DNA from: the human T2T-CHM13v2.0 reference genome, Homo sapiens
Strand: one strand, 5' to 3'
Length of the DNA stretch: 64,000 nt
Assembly: GCF_009914755.1 (NCBI RefSeq)
Contig: NC_060929.1
The notes under the pieces are model-generated. The model worked only from the letters and a program-made list of their open reading frames with translations, was not told the DNA's origin and searched no databases. The stretch's first letter is position 1; every line of letters begins with the position of its first letter. Shown here piece by piece: positions 13,829 to 29,489 of this stretch. The position numbers and the translations under genes are program-made.

Positions 13829-16600
13829 ATCTAAAAAAGAATTTATACCAATCCTTCTCAAAGTTTTCCAAAAGATTGAAGAAGAGGGACTACTTCCAAA
13901 TTCATTTTATGAAGCTAGCATTATCATGATATCAAAGCCAGACAAGAACATTACAAGAAAAGAAAATTACAGGCAAATAACACTCATTGATATAGATGCA
14001 AAATTCCTCAACAGAAAACCAAATTCAACAGCACCTTAAAGGAATCATTCATCATGATCAAATGGGATTCATTCTGGAGATGCAGGATGGTTCAACATAG
14101 ATATCAATATGTGATACATCACATTAACAAAATGAAGGACAAAAATCATATGATCATCTCAATGGGTAAAGAAAAAGCATTTGACAAAACTGAATAATCT
14201 TTCATGGTAAAAATTCTCAACAAATTAGGTATAAAAGAAATGTATCTCAACACAGTAAAGATCCTATATGACAAACCCACAGCTAACATCATACTGAATA
14301 AAAAATAGGTGAAAGTTTTTGTCTCTAAGATTAGAACAGGACAATGATGCCCACTCTTACCACTTCTAGTCAACATAGTACTGGAAGTCCTAGGCAGAGC
14401 AATTAGGCAAAAAAGAAAGAAAAAAAGGAAAAAGAACAAGAAAAAAATAAAAGACACAAACATTTGAAAGAAAGACATAAAATCGTCTCTGCTTTCTGGT
14501 AATATGATCTAACATATAGAAAACTCTAAAAAACTGTTGGAACTAATACATAAATTCAGTAAATACAGAAATAGACTCTACTAAAAAACTGTTAGAACTA
14601 ATAACATAAATTCGGTAAATACGGAATACAAAATCAATGTAAAAAGACTAGTAGCATTTCTATACACTAACAATGAACTACCCAAAAAAGAAATCAAGAA
14701 AATAATCCCATTTACAATACCATTAAAAAAAAAAACCTTAGGAATACATTTAGCCAAAAAGGTGAAAGATCTGTGCACTGAAAACTATACGACATTGATT
14801 AAAAAAATTAAAGAAGACATAAATAAATGGAAAGATAGCCCATGTTCATGGATCAGAAAAATCAATATTGGCAGAGAGTGTCCGCACTTTCCAAAGCAAT
14901 CTACAGATTCTATATAATCCCTATCAAATTTCCAACGACATTTTTCACAGAAATAGAAAAAAAAAATTCCTAAAATTCATATGGAACCATAGAAGACCTC
15001 AAATAGCCACAGCAACCTTCAACAAAAAGAACAAAGCTGGAGGAATTGAACTACCACATTTCGAAAAACAGATACATAGCCCAATGGAACAGAACAGAGA
15101 GCCCAGAAATAAATCTGTGCTTTATACTCAATTGATCTTTGATAAAGGTGCCAAGAACGAGTAATGGAGAAAACACAGTTTCTTCAGTAAACAGTGCTGG
15201 GAAAACTTGATAGCCACATGCTGAAGAATGAGATTGGACCCTCAACTCACACCGTATACAAAAATCAACTCAAAAAGGATTAAAGGCTTAAACATAAGAC
15301 CTGCAACCATAAGACTACTAGAAAAAAAACATAGGAGAAAAGCTCCACAACATTGATCTGGGCAATGATTTTCTGGATATGACTTCAAAAGCACAGATTA
15401 AAAAAGCAAAAACAGACAAACGGGATTATATCAAATGAAAAAGCTTCTGCACAGCAAAGGAAATTTAACAGTGATAAGACAACCTATAGATTAGGAGAAA
15501 ATATTTTAAACCGTACATCTCATCAGGGGTTAATGTCCAAAATATATAAACAACTCAATGGCAAGAAAACTAATCACCCTATTAAAAATGTACAAAGAAT
15601 CTTCTGATCCATAGAACAAAAAGTGGGCAAATGACATGAACAGACATTTCTCAAAAGAAGGCATATAAATGGCCAAGAAACATATGAAAGAATGTTCAAC
15701 ATCAGTAATCATCAGGGAAATGCAAATTAAAACCACAATGAGAAATCATCTCATACTTGTTAGAATGACTATCATCAAAAAGACAAAAGATAACAAGTGT
15801 TACAGAAGATGTAGAGAAAGGGAGCCCTGCTACACTGTTAGTGAGAATATAAATTAGTATTATGGAAAACAGTGTGGAGGACCCTCCAAATTTTAAAATT
15901 ATAACTACCATAGGATCCAGCTATCCCATTTATGAGTACATATCCAAAGTCAGTATGTCAAGGAGCTATCTGCACTCCCATGTTCATTGTGGGGTAATTC
16001 ACAGTAGCTAAGACATGAAATCAATCTCTGTCTATCTACAACGAATGGATAATGAAAATGTGTTAATATATACACAATGAAATACTATTCAGCCTTAAAA
16101 GAGAAGGAAATCCTGTTATTTAAGACAACATAGATGAACCTGTAGGACATTATGGTAAGTGAAATAAGCCAGGCACAGAGGGACAAATACTGTATGGTCT
16201 CATATATGGGATCCAAAATATCTCAACTCATAGAAGTAGAGAATTGAATGGTGGTTACCACAGGCTAGGGATGGGAGAGAAGGGAATGGGGAGATATTGA
16301 TTATAGCATACAAGGTTTCACTTAGGAGGAATAAGTTTTTGAGATCTATTGCACAGCATGGAGACTATAGTTAAGAATGTAATGTATATTTAAAAATTAC
16401 TAAGGAAGTAGATTTTTAAATGTTTGTACCACAAATAAAAGTATGTGGGGTGATAATTATATTAATTAGCTTAATTTAATCATCCAGTAATGAATATATA
16501 CATATATCAGAACATAACATTGTACGCCATAAATATATACAATTATTGCCCATTAAAAAAATTTTATAACTTGTCAATATACAATAAAAACAATAAATTT
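13829..16600 (+). mobile_element. 5'-truncated L1MA-type LINE-1 (copy A): ORF2 RT/C-terminus plus 3'UTR
   Basis: Peptides [34 protein letters not shown]; L1MA 3'UTR (gatctattgcacagcatgg, taattagcttaatttaatc) and A-rich tail. Confidence 0.92.
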
Positions 16601-17329
16601 TTTAAATACAAAAAATAAATTTAAAAAGGAATTAAAAACTATACTTGATACCAGCATATAATGAAAATGCTTTATGAACAATAAAAAATTGATCAGTCCA
16701 TTTAATGTTACTTGTAATATGAAGACGGTTTATACACTTTACTACATCTAAAATTTTTTCTTTCCAAATTTTTACTACAGTATTATTTTAGTTTTACAGA
16801 ACATGGTAGACCACAACAGCTCTTTGCCTTAAAATAAAGTACACAGCTTATTTTGTCTTCCTCAAAAACCTCAAAACCAAAGAAGCTATTTAAGTCAAGG
16901 AAGAAAAAGCATAATATACATGTTACACATTGCTCAATAAAAAGAAAAAATTTCTATTGTTAGTAGGGTCTTTTAAGTCTAGCTTCAAGCAGCCAATAGT
17001 CTAATTCTGCTAGGCAGTACCTTGGAAGTTGGTTTGCAAAGTTAAAGAATTTTTATTTACAGTCTGGCAAATTATTCAACAACACTAATTTTGAAAACTG
17101 GACTTCATAATAAAAATGCAGATGAAAGAGCTACTCTATAAAAAAAATCACCACAGCACTTTAAAATTTTTAAATATGTATATAAAAATTAAAATCTAGA
17201 ATTAAAATATATTTAAATTTCAATGTAATCATTTCGCTTTTTTACTGGTATTTATCATCAAACCAACTGATAAGAAACAGCTGTCCTTTGCCTTTTAAAG
17301 TTTTGTGTAGTTAAAAGAAAGTGGGCTTA

Positions 17330-17641
<312 letters not shown>

Positions 17642-17999
17642 TCAGAGGTCAGATTGTCTATCCTTCTGATTTAATGGAGCAGCACACTACAGTGTCTTAT
17701 AAACAGAATTCATTGTAACTTTAATTACATTACTTCTATGAAATCAACCACATTTTCCATGGAACTGATCATAAGTCAGAATGTCCAGATCAGCTGTTAA
17801 TTTTCTTCACTCAGAATTCAAAAATGCTAAAATACGTGTTTACTAATGAGCTACTAGAATGATAAGTGCATCAGATGAATGCCCTTTGAGCTCTTTGATG
17901 TTGTCAGTAAGTATCTATAGTGTTGTAAAGGATGTCACACGTTCTATAGTAGCCTATTCTAACATTCTCAGTGTAAAATTTTCCTCATATTTAACTTAA

Positions 18000-18320
18000 A
18001 TCCTTCATGCTGCAGGTTAAGTTGATTTCTTTTTTGTCTGACCTTCAGTGAAGATTGAGAACATCTGGCCTCCATCCTTCAGGCATAAGTTAAATACCTC
18101 TAAGTCTTCTTTTCTCTGGAACAATAATCCCTGCTACTTTAATTTTTTTCTTTTAGGTTTCTTTTTCAACCCTTTAATTATCTTTGTGGTCCTCTTCCGA
18201 ACTTTCTCCAACTTTTCCACGTCCTTCTTTAGCGGTAGCACAGAGAACTAGAAACAAAGCTCATGTAAGGGTCTGACCAAGTGAGAAGGACAATGGAAAA
18301 ATAATCTCGAGTTTCCTACA
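18000..18320 (-). mobile_element. L3/CR1 LINE fragment
   Basis: ttatctttgtggtcctcttccgaactttctccaacttttccacgtccttctttag...cagagaactag...gggtctgacc is the reverse of the CR1 motif LVRPHLEYCVQFW..KKDIDKLERVQRRATK. Confidence 0.7.
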
Positions 18321-18417
18321 TTTTTTATTCATATTTATGTCACAATGTATTTTGTTTGCTTTAACCACATTATATTGTGAGCTAATGCCAATACTTTACT
18401 ATTAAGGGAGTTTCTAA

Positions 18418-18717
<300 letters not shown>

Positions 18718-19397
18718 TCTAACTTTATACATAGTCAGTTACTCATCCTCTGGACTTTATGCTATTTTCCCTCTCTAACCATAATGCTTTATGTTTGTCT
18801 CCTACTATATTTCATAATTCTAATTTCAAATCAATATTCTAATTTGCAAAATTACTTTAGTCTAACACTAATCTCTTTTATGATATAAAGCTTTGATGGC
18901 GCCATATTTCTTTCCAATTCCAGTTGCCAATAATTTAACATTGGAAATCTAACCATCACATATCTACAAGAGGTGTTTAAGTGTTCTACAAGACTGAGTG
19001 CCAGAATTCACAGTCCTCTGGAAAATATATAATTATGAAAGACTTATTAAATTTGCTCCATCACTTTCAAGTGATTGTCTCAAGTGACATTGACTGTCTC
19101 AAGGGCTATACAGCATAAAGTATAAATAACCAAAATGTTTTTAAAACTTCACAAAGTCTCAAAGAGTTAAGTTTAAAATTCCCAGAATGCTGACATTTCT
19201 TTTGCAGAAAACAATGAAAATCTTGGGGAATCACAATATGTTATAACTCTTTGGGTTACCTTGGTCTACTAGGCATTTGATTCTGTCATTAATTGAATAA
19301 ATCTGTTTGAATGTTTATGGATAAATATCTAAAAAAGAATTTTTATAATGACCTTATTATATGTGGAGCTATGCCAGATAAAATACCAAGAAAATTA

Positions 19398-19587
19398 GCC
19401 AGGCACAGTGGTACAGTGGTGTGAGCCTGTAGTCCTAGCAACTCAGGAAGCTGAGGTGGGAGGATGGCTTGAGGCCAGGAATTTGAAGCCCCTGTGTGCT
19501 ATAATCACACCTTTGAATAGCCACTGCACTCCATTCCAGCTCAGGCAACACAGAGAGAATTCGTCTTCTTAAAAAACAAAAAAAAAA
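19398..19587 (+). mobile_element. FAM (fossil Alu monomer)
   Basis: Single monomer with the FAM-diagnostic segment tgaatagccactgcactcc. Confidence 0.8.
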
Positions 19588-20989
19588 GAGAAGAAGAAGA
19601 AGGAAAAAACATCAACAACAACAAAATTAAACTGACCTAATTCCCACTGGGTAGAAACTTTGACACATAAATCACTTGCTAACATGGAAGTACACATAGC
19701 CAGATAATATCTATCAAGTCACCCACTACTATCACAGATATGAATTATATAGCATACATAGTTCAGAAGTAAATGTACTTAAGAGATGGAAGACAAAGAT
19801 CAGTACTCAATTGCCATGGTGAAGAAAAGTAATCTCGATGTTCTATGCTCCATCTGAACAACGCTGTTCTAGCCAACTTGTCAAAGTATCTAGCAGGCAC
19901 TGATACTGCCCTCTACAAAGCATAGATGCAAAGATGTTTATAAGTGATAAAATAAGAAAAAAGGTGAATTTGTTGCTTAAAGTTAAAATGATAACCAAAA
20001 GAAGAATTTAAAATGATTAAATATATCAGGAAGATAGGCATAGAGTCCGTTCTTTAAATCAGTGAAATTCTTACCCATAGAGAAGTAAATAAAAAGAATG
20101 TCTCAAATTGACAAATCAAAAACTAGTGGTAAAAATCATATTATTTAGAAATATGGCACCAATTTCCAGAAGTAATGGTTTAAAAAATTAACAGCGGTTT
20201 TTGGCTAAGCTACTCAACTATGAGTGGGAAGGGACGGGGTAAGAAACTGTTGCTTATCCCCATAATTATATACTATAATACTTCGGTAAAAAAAAATTTT
20301 AACAAAGAAAAATCCTGTCCTACACAAGACTAAATAAAATATAATTCATGGCCAAACAAAATTTAGAATAGATCAGATGACTCTAAAATAAATTTAAGGT
20401 AAGACACAGTAATATCATAACCATTACTGTTTTTACTTAGCCTAAAAAATGTGCAGGATACCACAGAGCATATATATAACTGCTCATCTCTCATAATCCA
20501 GTTGTGTACATACCTATAAGTTCTCTTATCTTGATTTCTCTTCCAATTAAAAAGTAAGATAACACTGCCATCCTCAGTTGAAAAGTACTACATTTCAAAT
20601 AAACATAATGATATATATATTTACCAATAAATCCACCCTACTTGTCATGGCCTATAAGACCCTAAATGATATGTAAATGATCTAAGAACCTAAACGACAT
20701 ATGAGACCCTCCAGCACTATGTTCCTTCTCATTCACTATTGAGCACAATGGCCTACATTCTTTCCTAAATATGAATAACTTCTTTCTACCTGAGGATTTC
20801 TCCTTAGATCTTTATATGAATGAATGAATCTTACCCTATAGGTAAATACGTACATTCCATAATTAATGCTATAATAATAACAGGCTTAACATTATGTTGT
20901 TATCTATGAGGTGCATCTTGGCCAGAAACATTGTTAATATTAAAGAAATGATTCAAAACATGTAACATTTCTACAATATGTTAATGGTT

Positions 20990-22260
20990 CCCCCATAGAA
21001 ATTATCTCATTTGGATCTCAATAACCTCTGCTGTATAGGAAGCAAAAAGGTTATTTTCATTCTACAATTTCAATCTATGATGAGCAAACTGAGATTTACA
21101 GAAGTTAAGTAACTTACCCAACAGCATAGGGCTGGGAAGTAGTAAACTTGGTGGGATTCAAACTCAGTAATTTTGAAAACAGTCTAGTGTTCTTATCATT
21201 TGTTGAAGGTAACATAATGAAAACTTTTACTTTTGGAAGAGAGGAAATGTGAAGATTCTTGTCCCTAATATTGAATCACTATGGAATGCTGGGTAAACAT
21301 TAACTCTCACTATTCTTTAGTTTCTAGTTAAATAAAATTACTGTGATATTTATCAATGATTAACATTTGGAAAAAGCTTAAATGTTCTCAGATTTAAAAA
21401 CTGTGATGTTACTCACAAATTCTATATATTTATATATTAATTCATTTATTCAACAGATAATTAATGTGAACATAACATGTGCAGGGAGGCACTGTTCTAG
21501 ATTTTGTGAGTACAGCAGTTAACAAGACACACAAGCTTTCTTTCTTTGGCTCATCTAAAGGGAGTTAGTCTCTTCCAACATGTTTAGGCAATGGAAACTT
21601 TAGTGAATATTGACACTATAACAAAAATATATGCAAAAAAACCCAAAGCTTCTCTCTGGAAGACTATTTAAGCCTTTTCTTCAAATAGATTATTAAATTG
21701 TTGCAGTAGTAATGACTGACATATTAGTTCATTGTTCTTTTTGGACTGGTATCAAGTGCAGTGTTCATGGTTTCTTCCATACGTGTTATTTTCTTTCCCC
21801 ATACCTCCTCTACCACCTTTCTATGTAAATATGAGATATCCATGATTCACCTCATCCATGAAGCATTTTATGCCTACTCTTCTGTTGATCTCTTCCTTGA
21901 GCTCCAGCTGCTCTTAAATTATGCAATTAATTCTTTATTGCTTTGCATTTTTCATTTTTTTCATTTAATTTTATCTCTCCAACTAATTTGCAATCACAAT
22001 GAGAGCAGAGGCAATGATTTCTACTGCTTCTGTGTCTTCCATAATAGGGTTCTAAAATGGGTTCTACTTACAGAATTATCTCATCCCTCACCTACTTATG
22101 GAACTTCAGTTTTCTTATCTATAAAATGGGGAAAATAATGGCTACTATAGCTCCTTATGATTTCTACAAATAATACAAATAATGTATATATACATTATCT
22201 AGATAGACTTAGATAATGTATATAAGCTGTGCATTCATGTAATAAGGCTTAACAAATATT
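20990..22260. mobile_element. Cluster of MIR and L2 relics (MIR- ~20990-21200; L2- ~21440-21550; L2+ ~21800-22060; MIR+ ~22090-22260)
   Basis: gatgagcaaactgagatttacagaagttaagtaacttaccca; attcatttattcaacagata...ggcactgttctag; cttcagttttcttatctataaaatgggga. Confidence 0.6.
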
Positions 22261-24892
22261 TTTGACATTTTAATTATTGTTGCTTTTGTTAATATGAGTA
22301 AATGTTTGTAAGCTAATTTATTAGATATGGCTAATTCAGTCGTTAATAAAATTGTTATTTTGAATTGATATTTGATAATACTACTAACTTTATTCTTCTA
22401 TTTCTTTACTAAAACCTAATTACAAATTTCAAATTTCGCTCAGTAAACTACTTTAATTTAGGAATAATATCTCTTTTACTAAATATTATGAAGCAGCTAA
22501 CAATATTCTAATTTCTGTAGATTCTCACTTAATTGAATTAAAAAAAATAGACACTGAAAGATGGTATTTGTGGCATTATAATGTAACTAATATCAAGCCT
22601 TGTATTTTATTCCGAATCTTCAACAAGGTTTTCCTTGGAGGTCGCCAACCTAAAAACTTATTAGCCCTAATATAGTTAAGATAAATGAAGTGTCGGGAAA
22701 GGTATTGTGGCAACTATGAAGGCATATTTGGCTTGTAAATTTTCTTCATTTGCCAATTCAAATATTCCTCAACCTTTCTTCCAAAAACATTGGTATTCTT
22801 TTAGTCTCGTGAGTCCTGTTAAAAATAGTTAACTTTCATTTTTAAAGAAGTTATAAATCAGATTTGAAATCCCTGAAGTACTCTTGTTGTTTGTTGGCCA
22901 AATCTAGTATATCTTCTAATTTCTTCCTCTAGTTCCTTAACACTGACACTGCTTCCAATCCTAAACATTTTTCTGATAAAATAGTTAAAAGATGTGATGA
23001 TAATGGTATGTTAAAACTGTACAAGGACGAGTTTTCCAAGGTGGTGACTTTTTTAGACAAGAAGTGCAAGATTCAATAGCTCAGAATGATCCTCCAAATA
23101 ACAAATTAGTTGGAAAATTTATCTTCACCTGAGGTTTCAACTTCCATCATCAACTTACTCAATTCCTATGCTATATAGGACATGACTCTCTCACAAAAAA
23201 ATCATTAGGGCAAAAGGGAAATTGAACTGTGACACCCACATCTGGCATTACTGAAACAAGAGAAATACATTTGACCAAAGTAAAGATAACCTTTCTCTCA
23301 CTCAAATCACATGCCTTCTCTAAATCCATCTTTAGCCCGTCATGGCACTTAGCCACTTAGATTTCAAAATAATGACTGTTTGAGAGGTAAAACACAAAGC
23401 CAATTTGGATAAATAGAATTGGATTTACTCTATCTATGGGAAATAATAAACAAAGGAACTAAAGCATCTTATCTAAAGCATGACCAAGAAGTCTAATCGA
23501 GAGCTAAAGCTATTTTAATTATATTAACATTATCAGCTTCATTTTAATTAATTTATTAGAGTTTGTATATTATAATTGGATTAGGAATTTGTATAAAACT
23601 AATAATACACACTCTTCAGGCATAAGATTATTTCAGAAAATATGTTCTGGAATTATAATTGCTGTCATAAGGTTGGTTTATCTACTCTAATTGTTTCTTT
23701 ATTTTTAAAATTGTTTCCTGTTATCCCCTAATTTTATTGTTTCATTCCTGCGCTCCTAGCTCAAACACAAGCACACACATTTATACACTAGAGTAATGCT
23801 AAGAAACAATTCATGTTCAGACTTTTTTTTCCTTTTTTTAGTATCAGGGCTCCTGCATTTAGTAGACATATTGTTAGACTACATTTAAATGACTAAAAAA
23901 ATGTTCCCCATTTTGAATTTTTTCAATGTATTTCATACATTCAATTCATCAATACGGTATTTATTTTGCAAGTTGAGAGCCAGAAAAATGTAAACAATCA
24001 TAAAAATGTTAGATGAAGACAGACATAATAATCCACTAAAATAATCTCAGGTGCAAATATTTTATCTTAAAAATAAAACATTTTTGTGGGTCTCTTGAAA
24101 ACTAGCTGTCATCAATAGAAAGATCCCTAATTTTGGCAAACAGGAGAACTCCATCCTGGTTCTGGTTGTGGTGTATCATTGAACCTCTCCACAATTATGT
24201 CAAATGACAACTGCTATTCTTTCCCTCTTGTTTATCTCAAAAGCATATTTCATAAGAATGGAAGGCATGCAATATAACAGGAACAGCCAAACAAGAGGAC
24301 CAGAGAGCAGCTGGCCAGCTCCAAAGAGCCATGCTTTTCAGTTCTTTTCTTGGAAAATATTTTGCACCTTTTCTTGTTTAGCATTTAGTATCTTTTGTTT
24401 ATATGCATTATCATTACTGCCAAGGATCCCCTCTGCGTATGTCTCTTCAAATTAATTCAAGCCAATAATACCATACTAACATTTATCACTTTGCTCAAAC
24501 TCTATCTTGCTGGGAAGTTGGACTCTACTGGGGATTTTAAGTTCCAACTAAATATTGATGCAGCTGCTCTCTGAAGTTTTAGGATATCTTAAAATTATGT
24601 GTTTCAGAGAATAAGCATTGAAGGTGTTTAGCTTTCTACCTCTACTTTCCTTCTATACCTCAATTCTGTTTTATTTAGCTTCTTATTTTAAATGAAGGTA
24701 TTTTTCAGGGGTAATAATATTATTAATAAAATATCCTCTAGTGCAGACAGGGAAATGCTAACTGGGTTTGGTAAAGAGTTTGCTGTGAGGTATAATGGGG
24801 TGAAGACAAAGGAGGAGAGGAGTGTCAAATAATAAAAGCATAAATAATAGAATTTACTGGACTCAAAAACTGTGTAAAACTACTTCATGTGT

Positions 24893-27800
24893 ATCAATGG
24901 TATGAAACTAGAAATAAATAATAGAAAAAAATTGGAAAATTCACAAATATGTGGAAATTAAACAACACACCCCTGAACCACCAATGGGTCAAAAAAGAAA
25001 TAGAATGCAAAATCAAAAAATATCTTGAGACAAATGAAAATGAAAATACAACATACCTATGGGATGCACATTCTTACATTTGTAAGATGTAATGTGAAAA
25101 CACAACATACCAAAACTTATGGGATGCACACTCTTACATTTGTAAGAGGAAAGTATATAGCAATAGATACATTAAGAATAAAGAAAAATGTCAATAAAAA
25201 CCAATTTTGCACCCCAAGGAACTAGAAAAAAAAGAACATATTAAGCCTAGAGTCAGCAAAAGGAAGAAGATCAAAGCAAAATACATGAAATAGAGACTAA
25301 AAAAACAATAAAAAAGATCAATGAAATTAGGAGTGGGTCTTTTGAAAAGAAAAACAAATTGAATAAATCGTTAGCTAGACTAAAAAATAAGAAAGTTTCA
25401 AAAAAAACATAAACAAAAGAGATGGCAATACAATTGAACCATAGAACTATAAAAGATCCTAAAAGATTACTATGAAAAATTATATGGCAGCAAATTGAAT
25501 AAGCTAAAAAAATGGACAAATTCTTAGAGATACATAACCTATCATGACTGAATCATGATGAAATACAAACTCTAACAGACAAATAATGTAAAAGGAGATC
25601 AAATCAGTAATCAAAAAAACTCCCAGCAATAAAAACTCCAGACTAATGGCTTCACTAGTGAATTATACTAAATATCTAAAGGCTTTACATCAATCCTTCT
25701 CAAAATTTCCAAAAGACTGAAAAAGAGGAAATACTTCCAAACTCATTTAATAAGGCAAGTATTATGGTACCAAAGCCAGGGAAGGACACCACAAGAGAAG
25801 AAAATTACAGACAAATATCACTGATAAATGCTTAATGTAAAATTTCTCAATAAAATACTACCAAAGCAAATTCAACAGCACATTAAAAGGATCATTCACC
25901 ATGAGTAAATGGGATTCATCCTGGGGATGCAGGATGGTTCAACAATAAATGTGATACATCACATTAACAGAATAAGGAACTAAAATCAAGTGATCATCTG
26001 AATGAGTGCATAAAAAGCATTTGACAAAATCAACAATCTTTCTTGGTAAAACTTCTCAACAAATTAGGTACAGAAGAAATGTACCTAAACACAATAAAGA
26101 TCCTATATGACAAGCCCACAGGTAACATCATATTGAGTGGGGAAAAGGTGAAGGTTTTTCCTCTAAGATCAGGAACAAGACCAAAATGTGCAATCAATAT
26201 TGTCAAAATTTCTGTACTCCTCAAAGCAATATACAGATTCTATACAATCCTTACCAAACTTCCAATGACATTTTTCACAGAAATAGAAAAAACAATTCCT
26301 AAAATTCATATGGAACCACAAAAGACCTCAAATAGCCACAGCAACCTTGAATAAAAAGAACAAAGCTGAAGGCATCGCACTACCTCATTCAAAATATACT
26401 ATAAAGCTGTAATAATCAAAACACCATGGTACTGACACAGAAACAGATACATAGCCCAAGGGAACAGAACAGACAGCTCAGAAATAAATTCATGCTTTTG
26501 CACTAAATTGATCTTTGACAAAGGTGCCAAGGACAAGTAATGGAGAAAACACAGTTTCTTCAATAAATGGTGCTGGAAAAGTGGACAGCCACAGGCAGAA
26601 GAATGAAATTGGACCCTTAACTCACATCATATACAAAAATCAACTCAAAATGGATTAAAGGCTTAAACATAAGACCTGCAACCCTAAAACTACTAGAAAA
26701 AAACATATGAGAAAAACTCTACAACACTGGTTTGGGCAATGATTTTCTGGATATGACTTCAAAAGCACAGATTTAAAAAGCAAAAGCAGACAATAGGACA
26801 GTATCAAATGAAAAGGCTTCTGCATAGCAAAGGAAACAATTAGCAGAGTGAAAAGACAACTTACAGAATAGGAGAAAATATTTGTAAACCATATATTTCA
26901 TCGGGGTTAATGTCCAAAATATATAAGCAACTCAAACAATTCAATAGCAAGAAAACCAATCAGCCAATTAAAAATGTACAAAGAATCTTCTGATCCATAG
27001 AACAAAAAGTGGGCAAATGATATGAACGACATTTCTCAAAACAAGGTACACAAATGGCCAACAAACATAGGAAGGAATATTCAACATCACTAATCATCAG
27101 GGAAATGCAAATTAAAACCACAATGAGAAATCATATCATACCTGTTAGAATGGCTATCATCAAATAGACAAAAGATAATAAGTGTTACAGAGGATGTAGA
27201 GAAAGGGAGCCCTGCTACACAGTTAGTGAGAATATAAATTAGTATTATGGAAAACAGTGTGGAGGACCCTCCAAATTTTAAAATTGTAACTACCATAGGA
27301 TCCAGCAATCCCACTTACAGGTATATGTCCAAAGTCAATTCACTGTGGCATTATTTACAGTAGCAAAAATATGAAATCAGCCTAATTGTCTATCTATGAT
27401 TAATGGATAATGAAAACATTCTACATAAACACAATGAAATACTATTCAGCCTCAAAACAGAAGGAAATCCTGTGATTTAAGACAACACAGATGAAGCTGG
27501 AGGGCATTATATTGAGTGAAATAAGCCAGGCACAGAGAGACAAATACTGATTCGTGTAGAGTCTAAAAAAAAAAGTGAAACTCACAGTAGAGTTGAATAG
27601 TGGTTATCACAAGCTAGGGAGAGGTGAAGGGGGAAGTTTTTGATTAAAGGATGTAAAGTTTCAGTTAGGATACATACGTTTTCGAGATCTATTTTACAGC
27701 ATGGTGACTATAGCTGATAATAATGTATACTTAAAAATTGCTAAGAGAGTATATTTTCAGTGTTCTCTACCACAAATAACTGTATGTATGTATATCAGTC

Positions 27801-28325
27801 TGCTCTTGCACTGCTATAAAGAAATACCTGAGACTGGGTAATTTATAAAGAAAAGAGGTTGAATTGGCTCATGTTCCACAGGCTGTATAGGAACATGATG
27901 CTGGCCATCTGTTTGGTTTCTGAGGAGGCCTTAGGAAACGTACAATAATGGCAGAAGGCAAACGGGGAGTGAGTCACTTCAGATGGCCAGAGCAGGAGGA
28001 AGAGAGAGAAGTAGAAGGTGCTACACACTTTTAAACAACTAGATCTCGTGAGAACTCTATCAAGAGAACGGCACTAGGAGAATTGTGTTAAACCACAATA
28101 AATCACCCCCAAGATCCAATCACCCACCAGCCGCACCCACCTCCAACAATTGAACATGAGATTTGGGTGGGAATACAGATCCAAATCATATCAGTATGTG
28201 AGGTAAAGCATATGTTAATTAGCTTGATGTAATCCTGTCACAATGTATATATATAGCAATACATTGCATTCTACACAGTACATATATACTATTTTTGTTT
28301 GTTGATTATACCTTAATAGAGCTGA
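24893..28325 (+). mobile_element. 5'-truncated L1MA-type LINE-1 (copy B) with an internal deletion of the RT core at ~26185
   Basis: ORF2 homology from the endonuclease end (tggaaattaaacaacac) to the 3'UTR; jumps from FPLRSGTR directly to the [13 protein letters not shown] region. Confidence 0.92.
27791..28193 (-). mobile_element. MSTA-type MaLR solo LTR inserted in the L1 3'UTR
   Basis: gctataaagaaatacctgagactgggtaatttataaagaaaagagg...gagatttgggtgggaatacagatccaaatcatatca; 5-bp TSD GTATG at 27786-27790 and 28194-28198. Confidence 0.9.
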
Positions 28326-29489
28326 GGAAAAAACAAGAAACAAGTCAATGTGTTATAATGAAGTGTAAAAAAAAAAAGTAGAAAATGTAGGTAACTGTGT
28401 AAAAAATTAATGAAATTGTAGATTGAAGGCAATATTGTATTTGTAATCCAAAATTCAAGACCATTTTTCTTATTTCATTCACACGGTGGGAATTGACCAT
28501 TACAAAGCAATGTGATCTGATTCTTTAATCCGACACCTAAGAAAAAGAGTGAATGTTATAAGAGTTCAAAAGAAGAAGCAAAATATGTTCTTAAAACAAC
28601 CCCAAACTTATCTACCTCATGTAAGTTGCTTACTGCTGTATATCTGATAAAACTTTTTACCAATTTTTTTAATAGTTTACCATGCTTTTCTAATGCCCTA
28701 TAACATGGGCTTTTGGTAGGCACTGATCATATCTTCTCTTTATCACGTCAGGTCTCCTAAGAACTTAGTGAATCCTGTGGATCCTCAATATTATTTGTCA
28801 ATAAAGATTATAATGGATTTAGTGTAACAGAGTAGCATGAACCTCTCTTAGGACCAGTATGGAAGTGATTTAGCAGGCCAACTGAATATGAACCCCATAG
28901 TGAAAAAGAAAAACCTAGCCTTAAACACAAAAATACAGACTACAGAAAGAAATTTTAGTAAGATCAAAATGGTTTAAAATAGTTTAGACAAACATGAAAT
29001 GAGTTTTGTTTGGATTCTAAATTTACAGTGAATTTACAACCCATCCTGCTCCAAAATTCCACTTTATAAGATGTACAATTATGCCGAGTGTCTCAGTATT
29101 CCAAAGACACTCAAATAGCCACCACTACTATCCACCTTTAAAAAAATGTTTTAAATATATACATAAATCTGGTACTCAAAGTTCAGTACCAATACCACTT
29201 CATAGAACTAGGCACCTCAGTTTCAACCTACAACTCCCAAATTGTTTCCGCTTCTACACCACCGCAACTAACAATCCTGCCAGACTACACAAAACCATTC
29301 AGTGGTTTTGTCTGATGTGGAAAAAAAGTCCATGAGGGACTAGGAGGTGCCACCAAATTCAAGCCAGGATAAAGATCTAAATCAGTTGGGCTAGAAATGG
29401 TACCTTAGCTGGGCTAGGAAATAGTAAGTCAATGCATCACCTTATTTAGTCTCTACCTTTTTGGGTGAAAGTTATTTTTACTATGGTGA

